Assembly (NCBI GenBank): GCA_050084985.1
Contig: JBITNC010000001.1
Coordinates: forward strand, 146,382,001 to 146,446,000
Direction: 5' to 3'
DNA: 64,000 nt
Origin: Nageia nagi
Taxonomy: Eukaryota > Plantae > Pinophyta
This document shows, in pieces, positions 1 through 11,399 of the stretch (its first letter is position 1; every line of letters begins with the position of its first letter). A program made the position numbers and the translations under genes. The notes under the pieces were generated by a model, which saw only the letters and a list, made by a program, of their open reading frames with translations, was not told the origin of the DNA and did not search any database.

Positions 1-320
1 ATTTATCTATTTATTTCATTCAACTTTAATGCATTTTTTTAATTATAACTTGTATGTGTCTATCATAGAATGCATTTAGATTTGAACTCATTTGGCATAT
101 TGATCATTTATTCTAAGGGAGCCAACTCAGGTAGATTTGAATGATTATAAATACATAGTTGATTGATTAAAGCTCATGAGGGACCTTGTAGCTATTAAGA
201 GACAAGTTCATTTACATTCATAAGGGATCAATGTGTTTAACCTCATTTCCCCTAGAAAAGTTAAAAAATGGAGAAAGCCAACAATGGATTATTAATTATC
301 AAATACATTCTACTTCTCTT

Positions 321-667
321 TGTTAGGATTTTTCTATTATTTAGAAATAATATTCAATAATAAATCAATTTAGATTTATAGAAGAAACTTAAATAATAAT
401 AATCAAAAGAAATGACACAAGATGTTTGTATAGTATATAATAAGTTTTCCTAGTGAGGTCTACATTCCTAAAGAATAATTTAATCCAATTAAGTCATCCA
501 GAGACTAGAGGAAATCACCAACAACACTATTTTATACACATTATCTTAATAAATCAATAAGAAATTTCCTAGTACACACTATTTCTCAAAATTGAATTAT
601 AAAAAATGCAAAATTAAACAACTATACATTCTATCTTGGAATTACATTCTATCTACTTCTCATCACA
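321..667 (-). repeat. 3' LTR of Copia-1
   Basis: Starts TGTTAGG and ends CATCACA, next to a PPT-like TTTCCACTTG. Positions 402-640 align with 10327-10575. Confidence 0.65.
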
Positions 668-3600
668 TTTCCACTTGAAAACTAAATCAATGTTCCTAAT
701 AAACAACTAGGAATTGAATAATTCTATGCTTCATCTCATTCCATGAGACCAAATAAAGTTCAGGAATATCTCAACTTCTCCTTCCACATCACCTTGGTAA
801 ACATGTCTATTAGATTATGTGGTGTATGAATTTTGCTAAGCTTTCAAGATCCATTTATTACAATTGATTGAATGAAATGATATCTTAGTTTTATATGCTT
901 AGTTCTCAAATAAAATTTTGAGTTCTTAACACATTGTATAAAACTCTAGCTATGACTCAATAATTTGCTTTTGTCTTGCTTCTTCCCTAACTCTTTCATC
1001 AATCTTTGAAGCCATATAAACTCCTTGCATGCTTTAGTAATGGCCATAAAGTCTTAAACCTATGATTGAAAGTGCAACTACCTATTGTAGTTTGGAGATT
1101 CCACTAATCATTATTCCACCTATAGTACATACATATCTTGTTTGGCTATTTTCATCTTCTATATCACCTAGCATATCTCAATCAATATACCCTTATAGAA
1201 AAATATAATATCCTTAAAAGTTTAAATAATAATTTGAGGTTCCTCTAAATTACATAAATATCTATTTAATCACATACCAATGAGCCTTACCAAGACTATT
1301 CATAAACCTACTTGCACCACTCCCACTACTTCTTCTATATAAGGCCTCGTATAGACCATAGCATACATAAAGCTCCCCTTATGAAAGCATAGGGAACATT
1401 GGCCATATGGTCAAGTTCCTTATGTATCTTAGGACATAAATATTTGGTGAGCTTGAAGTAATTTACCAAAGGTTGAGCAACTAGGTCAACATGCTTCATG
1501 TTAAACCTCTTCATAACATTTGCAACATACTCATCTTAATATAACTTCATTACATGATTTTTCCTATCTAGATTATTTTTCATCCCAAGGTTTTACTTGG
1601 CCTATCCCAAATCCTTCATACCAAATATATTTCTCACCTATTTTTTTAGCATGTTCATATCATGCATTCTTATTATTGGAACCAACATATTATCCAATAT
1701 TTTTAAAATAAACATAATTATCACTTCCACACCTCATGAAATCTTATTCACACATAAAATTATCAAACTTCAAATAGTAGTACCTAGGAACCTACTTAAG
1801 GCCATACATACTCTTTTTAATTTTCACATAATATTCTTTGTGCCTATAACCTCCTACTCCTTTGGTCATTGCATATAAATTTTCTCTTCTATATCTCCAT
1901 TAAGGAAAGTTATCTTGAAATCAATTTATCTAGGTACAAGTACAATATAGCAACCAAACTCAAAATAATTCAAATAAAAGTCATTTTTATAATATGGAAA
2001 AATATCTCATCAAAGTCTATCCTTTTTCATTATGGTAATAATTTTACTATTAGTCTTGCATTATACCATGTCTGTTGTCCTCCTTCTTTTACTCTATATA
2101 CCCCTTTATTGTGTAGGACCTTCTCCCTAGCTAGAAACCCAACCAAGTCTAAAATTCAATTGTATATAAGAGATTTCATCTCTTTATTCATTATGATCTC
2201 CCACTACTTTTAGGTATCCAACACTAATGCTTCATCAAAATATTCTAGTTCACCAACATCAATATAGAAAATATAGTAAAGAATATGATAATAATATTTT
2301 GGAAACATACTCTTGTAGGCATAAAATAATCATAGAAATATTGAGGGATTCTTCTTTTCCTAGTAAACCATCTAACAATACTTAAAGGAGACTAAGGTGC
2401 TTATTGTTACTATTGCTAAATATTTTATGATGAATATTATGGTAGGGTTTGAGGTTCTTGGACCTTATCATGTACTTTTTGTATACTCTTCTCATAGATA
2501 TCATCATGCTCTACAAACTTTGATTTATCTTCCTTTACCTATAGTATATCCTTATACACATTTTACTCATTAAGGATAATATATATACTCCTAATAATCC
2601 TATGGTGAATGTTATCCTATAATTTGAAACCTAAATAATCATTACCATAGCAAAGAAAATAACACTTATGTAATTGTGCATCATGTTTCTTCCTATATTA
2701 TTTATATATATGTGCATAGGGTTCACCTAAGATAAATTAGGAAATGACTAGTTTATATATTTACCTATCCCTATCTTATCTAAATCTCTCCATCCAGATT
2801 AGTGTAAGCCCCTTATTGTTTAAATAAATAATAGTGTCAAGATAACTACCCTACAAATGTAGAGGTAAAATGGCATTAGCCCTTAGGCATATTGCAAGAT
2901 TAAATAATCCTATTCATCCTCTCAAGAATACCATTTTCTTAATATGTAATTTGAGTGATCTTTATCCTTTATGATTCCTTTAAGAGATAAATAATTATCA
3001 AAATCATTACTTCATTATTCTCCACCATTATCTGACTTGTTGCTTTTTACTTTCTTACTTGTCTCATTCTCCACTAATATTTTACACTTCTAAAATATAT
3101 TAAAGACATCATACTTATTTTGAAAATAATAAAAAATAGGTTTTTTTGTGGAATAATAAATAAAATACATATAATAATTAGATCCACTAAGATACATTAC
3201 TTGAGTCAGCTCCCATATATCCATGTGAAAAAATTCTAACTTTTATTTCTTCTTCTCTTTTGCAAGTTTAAAGAATCTTACCCTTTTCTATTTACCGAAA
3301 TTGCAATTCTCACAAGTTAATTTTCATGAGTGGAAAATATGCATTCCTTTCTCACTCATGTGGAAAAAAAAAATATATTGTAGATAGATTACTCTATAGG
3401 AAAATAATACTTACTAGCTAATTTACCTTTAGTAGCATCATAGAGCCTTTTTGTAACTTTAAATTCTTTTCCCTAATATAATTATTAAACCTTCTTTGTT
3501 AAGTTTACTAACTAAGATCAAATTCCTTACCATATTAGGAATGTATAATACTTCATTTAACATTGATAGTGTTCCACTAGATAACATCATATTTATCTTT

Positions 3601-3741
3601 CCACTTCCTTTAATCTAGTAGGGATGGTTGTCTCCTAACAAAACCTATCCAAACTCATCTTTGAACATACTCTACAAAATAGTCCTTCTATAATGTAGCA
3701 TACAATGATGCACCAAATTCAATAACCTGATAATCATTATT

Positions 3742-4030
3742 TATTATGAACCAATCATAAAATCATGCTTTGAATAAGATATAAAATTAGTAATAATAAG
3801 CCACTTCAAGGGGGCAACCTCCTTTACATCACATCACATACACAACAATAGACAATACAAATGATAATACCTCCTTAGTATATATAGGATTCCAAGGGGT
3901 GCCACTACAATGAAAGGACACTAGCCGACATAACAATAATACTATAAGGGAATAACAATAACCATAGTGGGCTTCTATGGGACACATAATAACAATATAT
4001 GGGCTACATGAGTAGTATAGGGACCTAACA
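3742..4030 (-). repeat. 3' LTR of Reina-like element
   Basis: TATTATG...CCTAACA; direct repeat of 9129-9434. Confidence 0.95.
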
Positions 4031-4034
4031 TGCC

Positions 4035-7000
4035 CCTCCCCTTCAAAAAAAATGTTATCCTCAATGTTTGAGTAGTTCTGGATGCTTCTATGGAAAATTC
4101 TCATCTTCCCATGTGGAATCATCAGTAGGTAGGTTCTTCCACTTAATGACATACTCTAAAATTGATCAATTTCTTAGCTTATGAATTCTTGATTCAATGA
4201 TTACTTCTGGCTCCAATATAATTTTCCCTTCCTCGTTGAGTTTTGTAAGTGTAGTTTGAACTAGGATCTTGTCATTGATAACCTCCTTTAAGCATGAAAC
4301 ATGAAAAACTAGGTGTACTCATGAAGAAGTCAGAAGCTCCAATTTATATGCCATACTACCAATCTTTTACAACACCTTAAAGGCCCATAGTACTTGGTAG
4401 ATAGTTTGTTATCCTTCTTAGATTGCTTGAGGGACATCTATTTGTATGGTTGTAGCTATAAAAACACCCAATTGCCCACTTCAAAACTTCTTTCACTACA
4501 ATGTTGATATGCTTATTGTTTCATTTGATTTTGTGCCAAGGTTAGGTTATCCTTTAAGAGTTGGAGAACTTGTTGTTGATGCTCGATGTGATCTTCCACT
4601 GCTTGAACCTTTGATTTGTCTCTTAGATATGATGTGATGGATGGTGGATGATATCCATAAAGTGCCATAAATGGGGTCATTTTTGCTACGGTATGGAAGG
4701 AAGTGTTATACCATCATTCTAATAAAGATAACCACTTGACCCATTATGTTTGTTTATCAGATACAAAGCAATGAAGATATCCTTTCAAACATTTGTTCAC
4801 TATCTCAGTTTGCCCATTAGATTAAGGATGATAAGATGAGCTATGAACCAATTGAGTACTGAGACAAGAAAATAATTCTATCTAAAAATTCCCAATGAAA
4901 ATGGGATCTCTATCACTTACAATAATCTTTGGGTTTCCATGTAATTTTTGAACTGTCTCCATGAATGCAGTAGTGATTGTACTAGCTTTGAAGGGATGGG
5001 ATAGTGCACAAAAGTGTGCATACTTGGTAAGTCTATCAACAACCACCATGATGACACTCTTTCCTTCAGACTTGGGTAGACCCATGATAAAATCCATTAA
5101 GACTTCCTCCCAATGCTGACTTGGAATGGGTAATGGTTGTAAAAGACTTAGGATCTTTATTGTCTCAACTTTATTTTATTGGCAAACCAAACATTCTACA
5201 AAAAACTTTTGGATATCAGATTTAAGGCCATCCCAAAAAAATTTCTTCTTAACTTTGTGATAAGTTTTTAAAACTCTTGAGTGCCCTCCTAGAGGAGAGG
5301 TGTGTAATTCCAAAAGAACATTTTGTTTGAGTTGGGAGTTCTTACATAAATATAAGTGATCCTTGTAATTCCAAAAGAACCTTTTATTTGAGTTGGAAAG
5401 TCTCCATTCCTTGATGGCTTTAATTTTGTCAGGGTCTGGATTAACACCCTTATGGGACATGATATGACCCAAATATTCCACCTCTTGTACCCCAAAGAAA
5501 CATTTGGATGGTTTTGCATACAATTTTTGTGCCTCCAATAGTTTGGGCACCCTGTCAACATGTTGAACATGATCTTCCCAAGACTTGCTGTAGATTAGTA
5601 TATCATTAAAGAATACTAACACAAATTTTCTAAGGAAGGGTTTGAAAATAGAATTCATCAAACTTTGAAAAGTGGAAGGTGCATTAGTAAGGCCAAAAGG
5701 CATGACCAAGAATTCATAATGACCTTCATGAGTTCTAAATGCTATTTTTAGAATGTCTTCTATCTTCATTCTAATTTGATGATATCTCGAGTGAAGATCT
5801 AGCTTGGTGAAGTATTTAACTCCATGTAATTCATCCAATAATTCATCAATGAGAGGAATGGAAAATTTATATTTAATAGTGAGCTTGTTTAGCTCTCTAT
5901 AATCTGGACACATGCACCATGCTCCCTCCTTCTTAAGCACCATTACTCCTGGGGAAGAGAAAGAACTTTTGCTTGGTCAAATTATACCTATTTCTAGCAT
6001 TTCTACAACCATACATTCAATTTCACTCTTTTGGGCATATGGATATCTATAAGGTCTGATGTTGGGAGGAACACTTCCTAAAATTAAGTTAATACCATGA
6101 TCATGATCTCGATTAGGGGGGAGACCTTTGAGAGTATCAAATACCTTGGGATACTTATCAATGACTTTCTGGAGATTTGGAGAATTGCCTGGCTTAGATG
6201 TTTGGACATCTAGTGAGCATAATTGTATAATTACACCTCTTCTTTGCTTCCTCAAAAGTTTTGTCATGCCATTAGAGTTGATTATCTTACAATCATTCAC
6301 TTTGATACCCCTTAATTCAAACTCTTTTCCTTCCCATGAAAATTTCATGAAAAGTTCTTTAAAATTAAAAGCCACTATTCCCAATGATTGTAACCATTGG
6401 ACCCCCAAGATAATATTCGTAGCACCCATTGGAATGGAAATCATTGGACTTTTCAATACATATTACCCCATGGTTAGATTGATATTATGGCACTTCCTTG
6501 AGCAATTTATAGTTCCTCCATATACAACCATCACTTGAAACTCTGGCACTAGATATATGAAGCAATTCAAATCTTTGGCTATCTTGGAATGAATAAAATT
6601 ATTTGTACTACCAAAGTCAATCAACACTATTACCTTTTTCTTCTTGATATATCCTTCTATCTTGAGAGTTTGAGGAGCAGTAATTCTAGCCAATGCATTA
6701 CAAGATATGGTGGGAGTCATTTCTTCAGTAGTAATCTCTTCTAATTATTTGGGTGTGGATGATTTTTCTTCTTCTTCTTCTTCCTCTTCATATTTTATGT
6801 AGAATAATTTCTTCTCCCCACACTTATGTCCATTACTATACTTGCTATCACAATTGAAGCATAGACCCTTTGCTCATCTTTCATCCATTTGTTGAGATGT
6901 CAACCTTGTAGTTTTAGGTAAGTGAGAAGAAGGAACATTATTTTCTTTATAGGTGTTCAAGGGGAACCTTTTAGTAGCCATTGCCATATTTTTACTTTTA

Positions 7001-7877
7001 ACCTTCCTTGCCATCCTAAAAGCCATCTTTAAGGATGTTGGTTCAAATAGATGCACCTCATGTTGAATGTTATCGTTTAAGGTTCCCATAAAGAGATCCA
7101 AGAATCTATCACTTGGTATGTCATTCACTCTAAGACTCAACTTTTAAAATTGTTGAATGTGCTCCATCACTGAACCTTTTTGCCTTAGATTTGTCAATTG
7201 AGTAAAGAAGGAATTATTCTTAACATCCTCATGGTAGGCTATTAGTTCCTCTATAAAAATGGACCAAGATATAATAAAACCCTTTTTACATTCATAAAGC
7301 CATTGGTACCATACAACCTGCTCAGGCTCTAGATACAAGGATGCAATAGTTACTTTTTGTGATGTTGGTACTTTGTGTAGATCAAAAAAGTGCTCCATTT
7401 GAAATATCCAAGTGATGGGGTCCTTTCCATCAAACTTCCTCATATCGATCTTGGGGAGTTGGATTCCCCTTGAGAACCATGCTTGATCATTTCCATTAGT
7501 AGAAGCATATCCTCTTGAATTAGGCTTATTAATGAAGGTTTATCTCCTTGAACAATATCATTATTTTCTTGATAACCCTGGGCCATATCAACATCTTTAG
7601 GAATCTTTCCCTCTAGGTTTTGTATGAGTTGAAAAATCTTTTCCATATTTTGATCCATATTAGTCACCAACTCTTCCCTCAAATTGATTAAATAAATTGA
7701 TCTTACCATACCTTTTTTCAAATCCCTTTTTAATTCCTCCAAATCACCCTTTTTTACACACCCTTTAACCAATTCTTCCAATTGGAATATTCGGAAGGAT
7801 ATGTATTCATTTTTTGCTATAGTCATGGATGAATCCTCTGGAGGTCTAGGTTGTGTAGCAATTTTTTTTAGTGGCAT
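4035..7877 (-). pseudogene. Disrupted Gypsy gag-pol polyprotein (gag, protease, RT, integrase, chromodomain; RNase H deleted)
   Basis: ORF track gives gag (KFDGKDPITWIFQMEHFF; CFNCDSKYSNGHKC), protease (VLIDFGSTNNFI), RT ([37 protein letters not shown]) and integrase (MDFIMGLPKSEGKSVIMVVVDRLTKYAHF). Chromodomain EYVIKWKNLPTDDSTWEDE at ~4100-4160. Multiple stops and frameshifts. Confidence 0.95.
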
Positions 7878-8126
7878 TTTGACTGAGTATTACTATGGAG
7901 TAGGAATTTCCCAAATGGTTTAGTCAAAGGTCCTCACAAGAGTGTCCAATTCTCACAAACCATGATATACCATAGGGTCCAATAATAGTACTCAACCCAA
8001 TATTTTAGAGCTCCAACCAAAGAGGATAGATCATACCCTTGGCTATACTACTTGACTACCATTTGTTACATGTGGTCAATCTTCCTGAGTGCTGTTAACT
8101 TGGTTGGTTTCAAGATTCTACAGGGT

Positions 8127-8355
8127 CTCCCTATATACGCAAGGTACGTGGGAGCTCAAATCTATGATAGTGCTATCTAATGCATAACCATTTGAAAAGG
8201 GCCCTTGCTAATATACTCATAGTACATGAGGGAATACTAAAGGACCTCTCTAAATACCATGTACATGCATGAGAATGATGGCCTCTCTATATACTCAAAG
8301 GTACATGAGAGAATCCAACAGTGGCCTAAGTGATATACTGCAAGTACGTTGTAGG
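8127..8355 (-). repeat. Array of ~5 degenerate ~40-bp hairpin-forming repeats in the Gypsy 5' leader
   Basis: Consensus GGCCTCTCTATATACTCAAAGTACATGAGAG seen at ~8127, 8200, 8243, 8280 and 8323. Confidence 0.7.
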
Positions 8356-9114
8356 AGACCATAATTCCCTAGGATGCAGTGCTGGCAAAGTAATGATAGC
8401 TCTTATGTTTAAATATGCCAAAAAACATATATACCTACAATAATATCCTCTTTCTTCTCTTTCCAATAGCTTTTGAATCATCCCAAATAGACCTTCCAAT
8501 CAAAATATATGCAAATTTAAAAACTTGTACCTTTTTAAATCGTGATTTGGAGACTATTCTATTGTCTAACCTTCCAACTGATGTAAGTTTTAAATTTAGG
8601 CCTATTAGAGTCTGAAATTTCTAATTGTGGTAGCCTTATATGTATTATTTTCAATTACATAGGTTTAGTCAAATTCTAATATTCCAAGAGGAAATGGATG
8701 CAACTTTTCCAAAATATGCTAATTTTTGGATTTTTCAAAAGAGCGAACTTGTACAAAGTGCCACATGTCACTTGTTTATTCCCAGACCTTGAAAATTGTA
8801 CCAAATAAAATTTAGTCCATATTCTAACCATTAAAATATTTTTCATAAAGTTTGGGCTTGTAAAACTTTAGATATACATTTTTTATCCAAAACACCTATT
8901 TCGGACCTTCTTTTGAGACTAGTCACAAACCCTAACTTCCCCCAAGCATAACTTGCAAAATATAGTGAATTAGGAGTTTAAATTTTAAATAAAATGTATT
9001 TGATATATATTCTAAAAACCTAATAAATCAAAGGATCTAAAACCTTACAAAATCAAATTTTTAGTGAAAATTCCATGATGACTAGTTTTGAGCAGTGAAA
9101 CCATAGAATCATCT

Positions 9115-9126
9115 GCTTTGATACCA
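9115..9126 (-). promoter_or_regulatory. Primer-binding site (tRNA-iMet type)
   Basis: Minus strand reads TGGTATCAAAGC versus canonical TGGTATCAGAGC, 2 nt from the LTR. Confidence 0.9.
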
Positions 9127-9128
9127 AA

Positions 9129-9434
9129 TGTTATGAGCCAAGCATAAAATCACAAGAGAAAGAGCTCAATACCTAGAATAAGAGATAAAATCAGTAATAA
9201 TAAGACAATTTTATGGGGAAAAATCCTTTACATTACATCACATACACAACAATAGACAATACAAATGATAATACCTCCTTAGTATATATAGGAGTCCAAG
9301 GGGTGCCACTATAATGAAAGGACACTAGCCGACATAACAATAATAGTGTAAGGGAATAACAATAACCATAATGGGCTTATATGGGAAACATAATAATAAT
9401 ATATGGGCTACATGATTAGTATAGGGACCTAACA
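9129..9434 (-). repeat. 5' LTR of Reina-like element
   Basis: TGTTATG...CCTAACA, adjacent to the PBS. Confidence 0.95.
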
Positions 9435-10326
9435 TTATTCTTATCTAAAGATAATATCAAAGAATCCTATAATATTTCATTAGCTCTATTGGCTTCTAAG
9501 GTATTACCTTTATCCCTTCCATTTTCACCAATTTCATCATTGATTATATTCTAGTAATCCTTTTTCAATATGTGTTTCTTGCCATACTACTAGTATTTAG
9601 CTTTCATTTTTCCTCTAGAATTAGATCTTCCTCTTATATGACTTTTACTTCTTTTTCTTTACCTTCATTTATTGTTTTTAAGCATTAATATAGTTCTTGA
9701 TAATGATGCTTCACTTGAGGATTTTATCCTTATACCTTCATTAATAATAATACTAATAATATTATAAAAATCTAAATTATTATAACTAGATGCAAGGTTA
9801 GTTATTTCCATTAATAAACTATTATATCTCTCTATAACGAGTATAAAATTAGCAAATATCTAACTTCATCATCAAAATCTAATCCTACAAAACTTAATTT
9901 ACTAGTTGTTGTATTAAACATATTTAAATGATCTTGAATAAAATAACCTTCATGCAATTTCTTATTAACTAATTTCTTCATAAGAAAAACTTTGTTGGAA
10001 GCTAAGAGTATCTAATACAACCTATCCAATACATACATTACAACGTTTTTTAATTTTCTCCTTAGAAAATTTGAAGGAAATTATACTATCCAAGCATAAC
10101 CACACTATCCCTAATGCTTTCCTTTCTAACATAGCCCAATCATCATCAAAAATTGATGTTGATTTCTTTACCTTACCTTCAAGAGGTTGGTATAGGTCCT
10201 TCTAATAAAGGTGATGCTCCATCTATATTTTCCAAAGATGGAAATTATGGCCATTGAATTTATTTACCCTAAACTTCTAATCATTCTCCATTATTCCTAC
10301 TTGAACAAAATGCCCTTCTATCTAGT

Positions 10327-10732
10327 ATCAAACAAAATATATAATACAAGAGATTAGTATAGGATTTAATGTAGTTCACCTAGTGTGGGCTACATGCCTA
10401 TAGAATAATTTAGTCTTATTAAATGCTCAAAGTACCAATGGTAATCACCCATAATATTTTGCTATACACATCCTCTCCATGACACAACAAGAAATCTCCA
10501 AATACAATCTCTCTCACACACTCAAATTATAATAATTACAAAACTAAATAGCTATCAATTCTAGATTGAAATTAAGTATCAAATGTAGATCCATAAATCA
10601 TGAATATTTTTTCTATTCTTAACCAATGTGATTTTTCAATTTATAAAGTTTTCATTCCATATATATGTAAATAATTAGTCAACAATAGAGACAAAATTGA
10701 TGTAATAAATTTTAAGCTTCACTTCTCATCAA
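10327..10732 (-). repeat. 5' LTR of Copia-1 (U5 end and PBS missing)
   Basis: Aligns with 402-667 (GTTCACCTAGTGTGGGCTACAT motif; ACTTCTCATCA end). About 135 bp longer internally than the left copy. Confidence 0.6.
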
Positions 10733-11399
10733 TGTCTACCATATTAATATTAGAATTGATATTGTGAGGTGTTATGTGATAGAGCTCCAATAGGTTCATC
10801 AAATGTTTACAATAGCTTAGGCTTATTGAAAGCTTTTGTAACTCAATAACATATGAATGTAGGGCCACTTAGTACTTTGTAGTATGGATTCTTTGAAAGA
10901 TGGTTTGAATGAAATAAGAGCATGATATTATTTATGTTACTTACTAAATCAAAATATCTCATGAATGTGGTCATCATTATAGATATGTATCAGTGTGTAG
11001 GTGAGGCTAGGAGTTTGAGATGCAACAACATGAAAATAGAATGGAAAACATAGGTGGCATCTGTCATTCAGGTGGCTCATCCCTTGTTGCATGGAAATAA
11101 AATGTTTATGATATATTGAGGTGTGAGTTGGAGTCTTTTTGAAATATTCATGAAACATGTTTAAATATTTAAAATAGTATTTCTTTTTTATTTTAAGTAT
11201 TAGCTTAATTATACATTTAATGCATCTTCTCAAGATTTTTTCTTATAAAGTTTTATATTGTTAGAAATAATTACATTAAAAATTTATTGTATTCATGATA
11301 CTTAATGTCATGTATTGTGTTGTGAAAATTTTTAGACAATATTTTAAAATTATTAGTTTTATTTATTAATGCAAATTTACCTGTTAATCAAAAAATTAA

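Larger units (their letters stand above)
3742..9434 (-). mobile_element. Ty3/Gypsy chromovirus (Reina-like) LTR retrotransposon, internally deleted
   Basis: LTRs at 3742-4030 and 9129-9434; TSD TTATT at 3737-3741 and 9435-9439; PBS at 9115-9126; PPT at 4033-4044. Domain order gag-PR-RT-INT-chromodomain. Removing the element restores the Copia frame DSLILSLDKNNDYQVIEFGAS. Confidence 0.96.
321..10732 (-). mobile_element. Degenerate Ty1/Copia LTR retrotransposon (Tnt1/Tork-like), interrupted by a nested Gypsy element
   Basis: Minus-strand relics in Copia order: gag start KFRVNKFNGHNFHLWKI (~10230-10290), protease 'VIEFGAS' (DSGAS-like, ~3705-3730), integrase (~2600-3330), RT (~1200-2250), RNase H 'KNSKFYLRTKHIKLRYHFI...MFTKV' (~750-1200). 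Related terminal repeats at 321-667 and ~10327-10732. No TSD recognisable. Confidence 0.85.

Noticed and set aside
1520-2213. Plus-strand ORFs here, and at 6128-6538, 17488-17754, 18672-19058 and 58679-58915
   Set aside because: Antisense shadows of retrotransposon coding sequence, or chance ORFs inside LTRs.
8127-8355. CRISPR-like repeat-spacer array (also considered for 42201-42441)
   Set aside because: Repeats are degenerate with irregular spacing, in a eukaryotic context with no cas genes.
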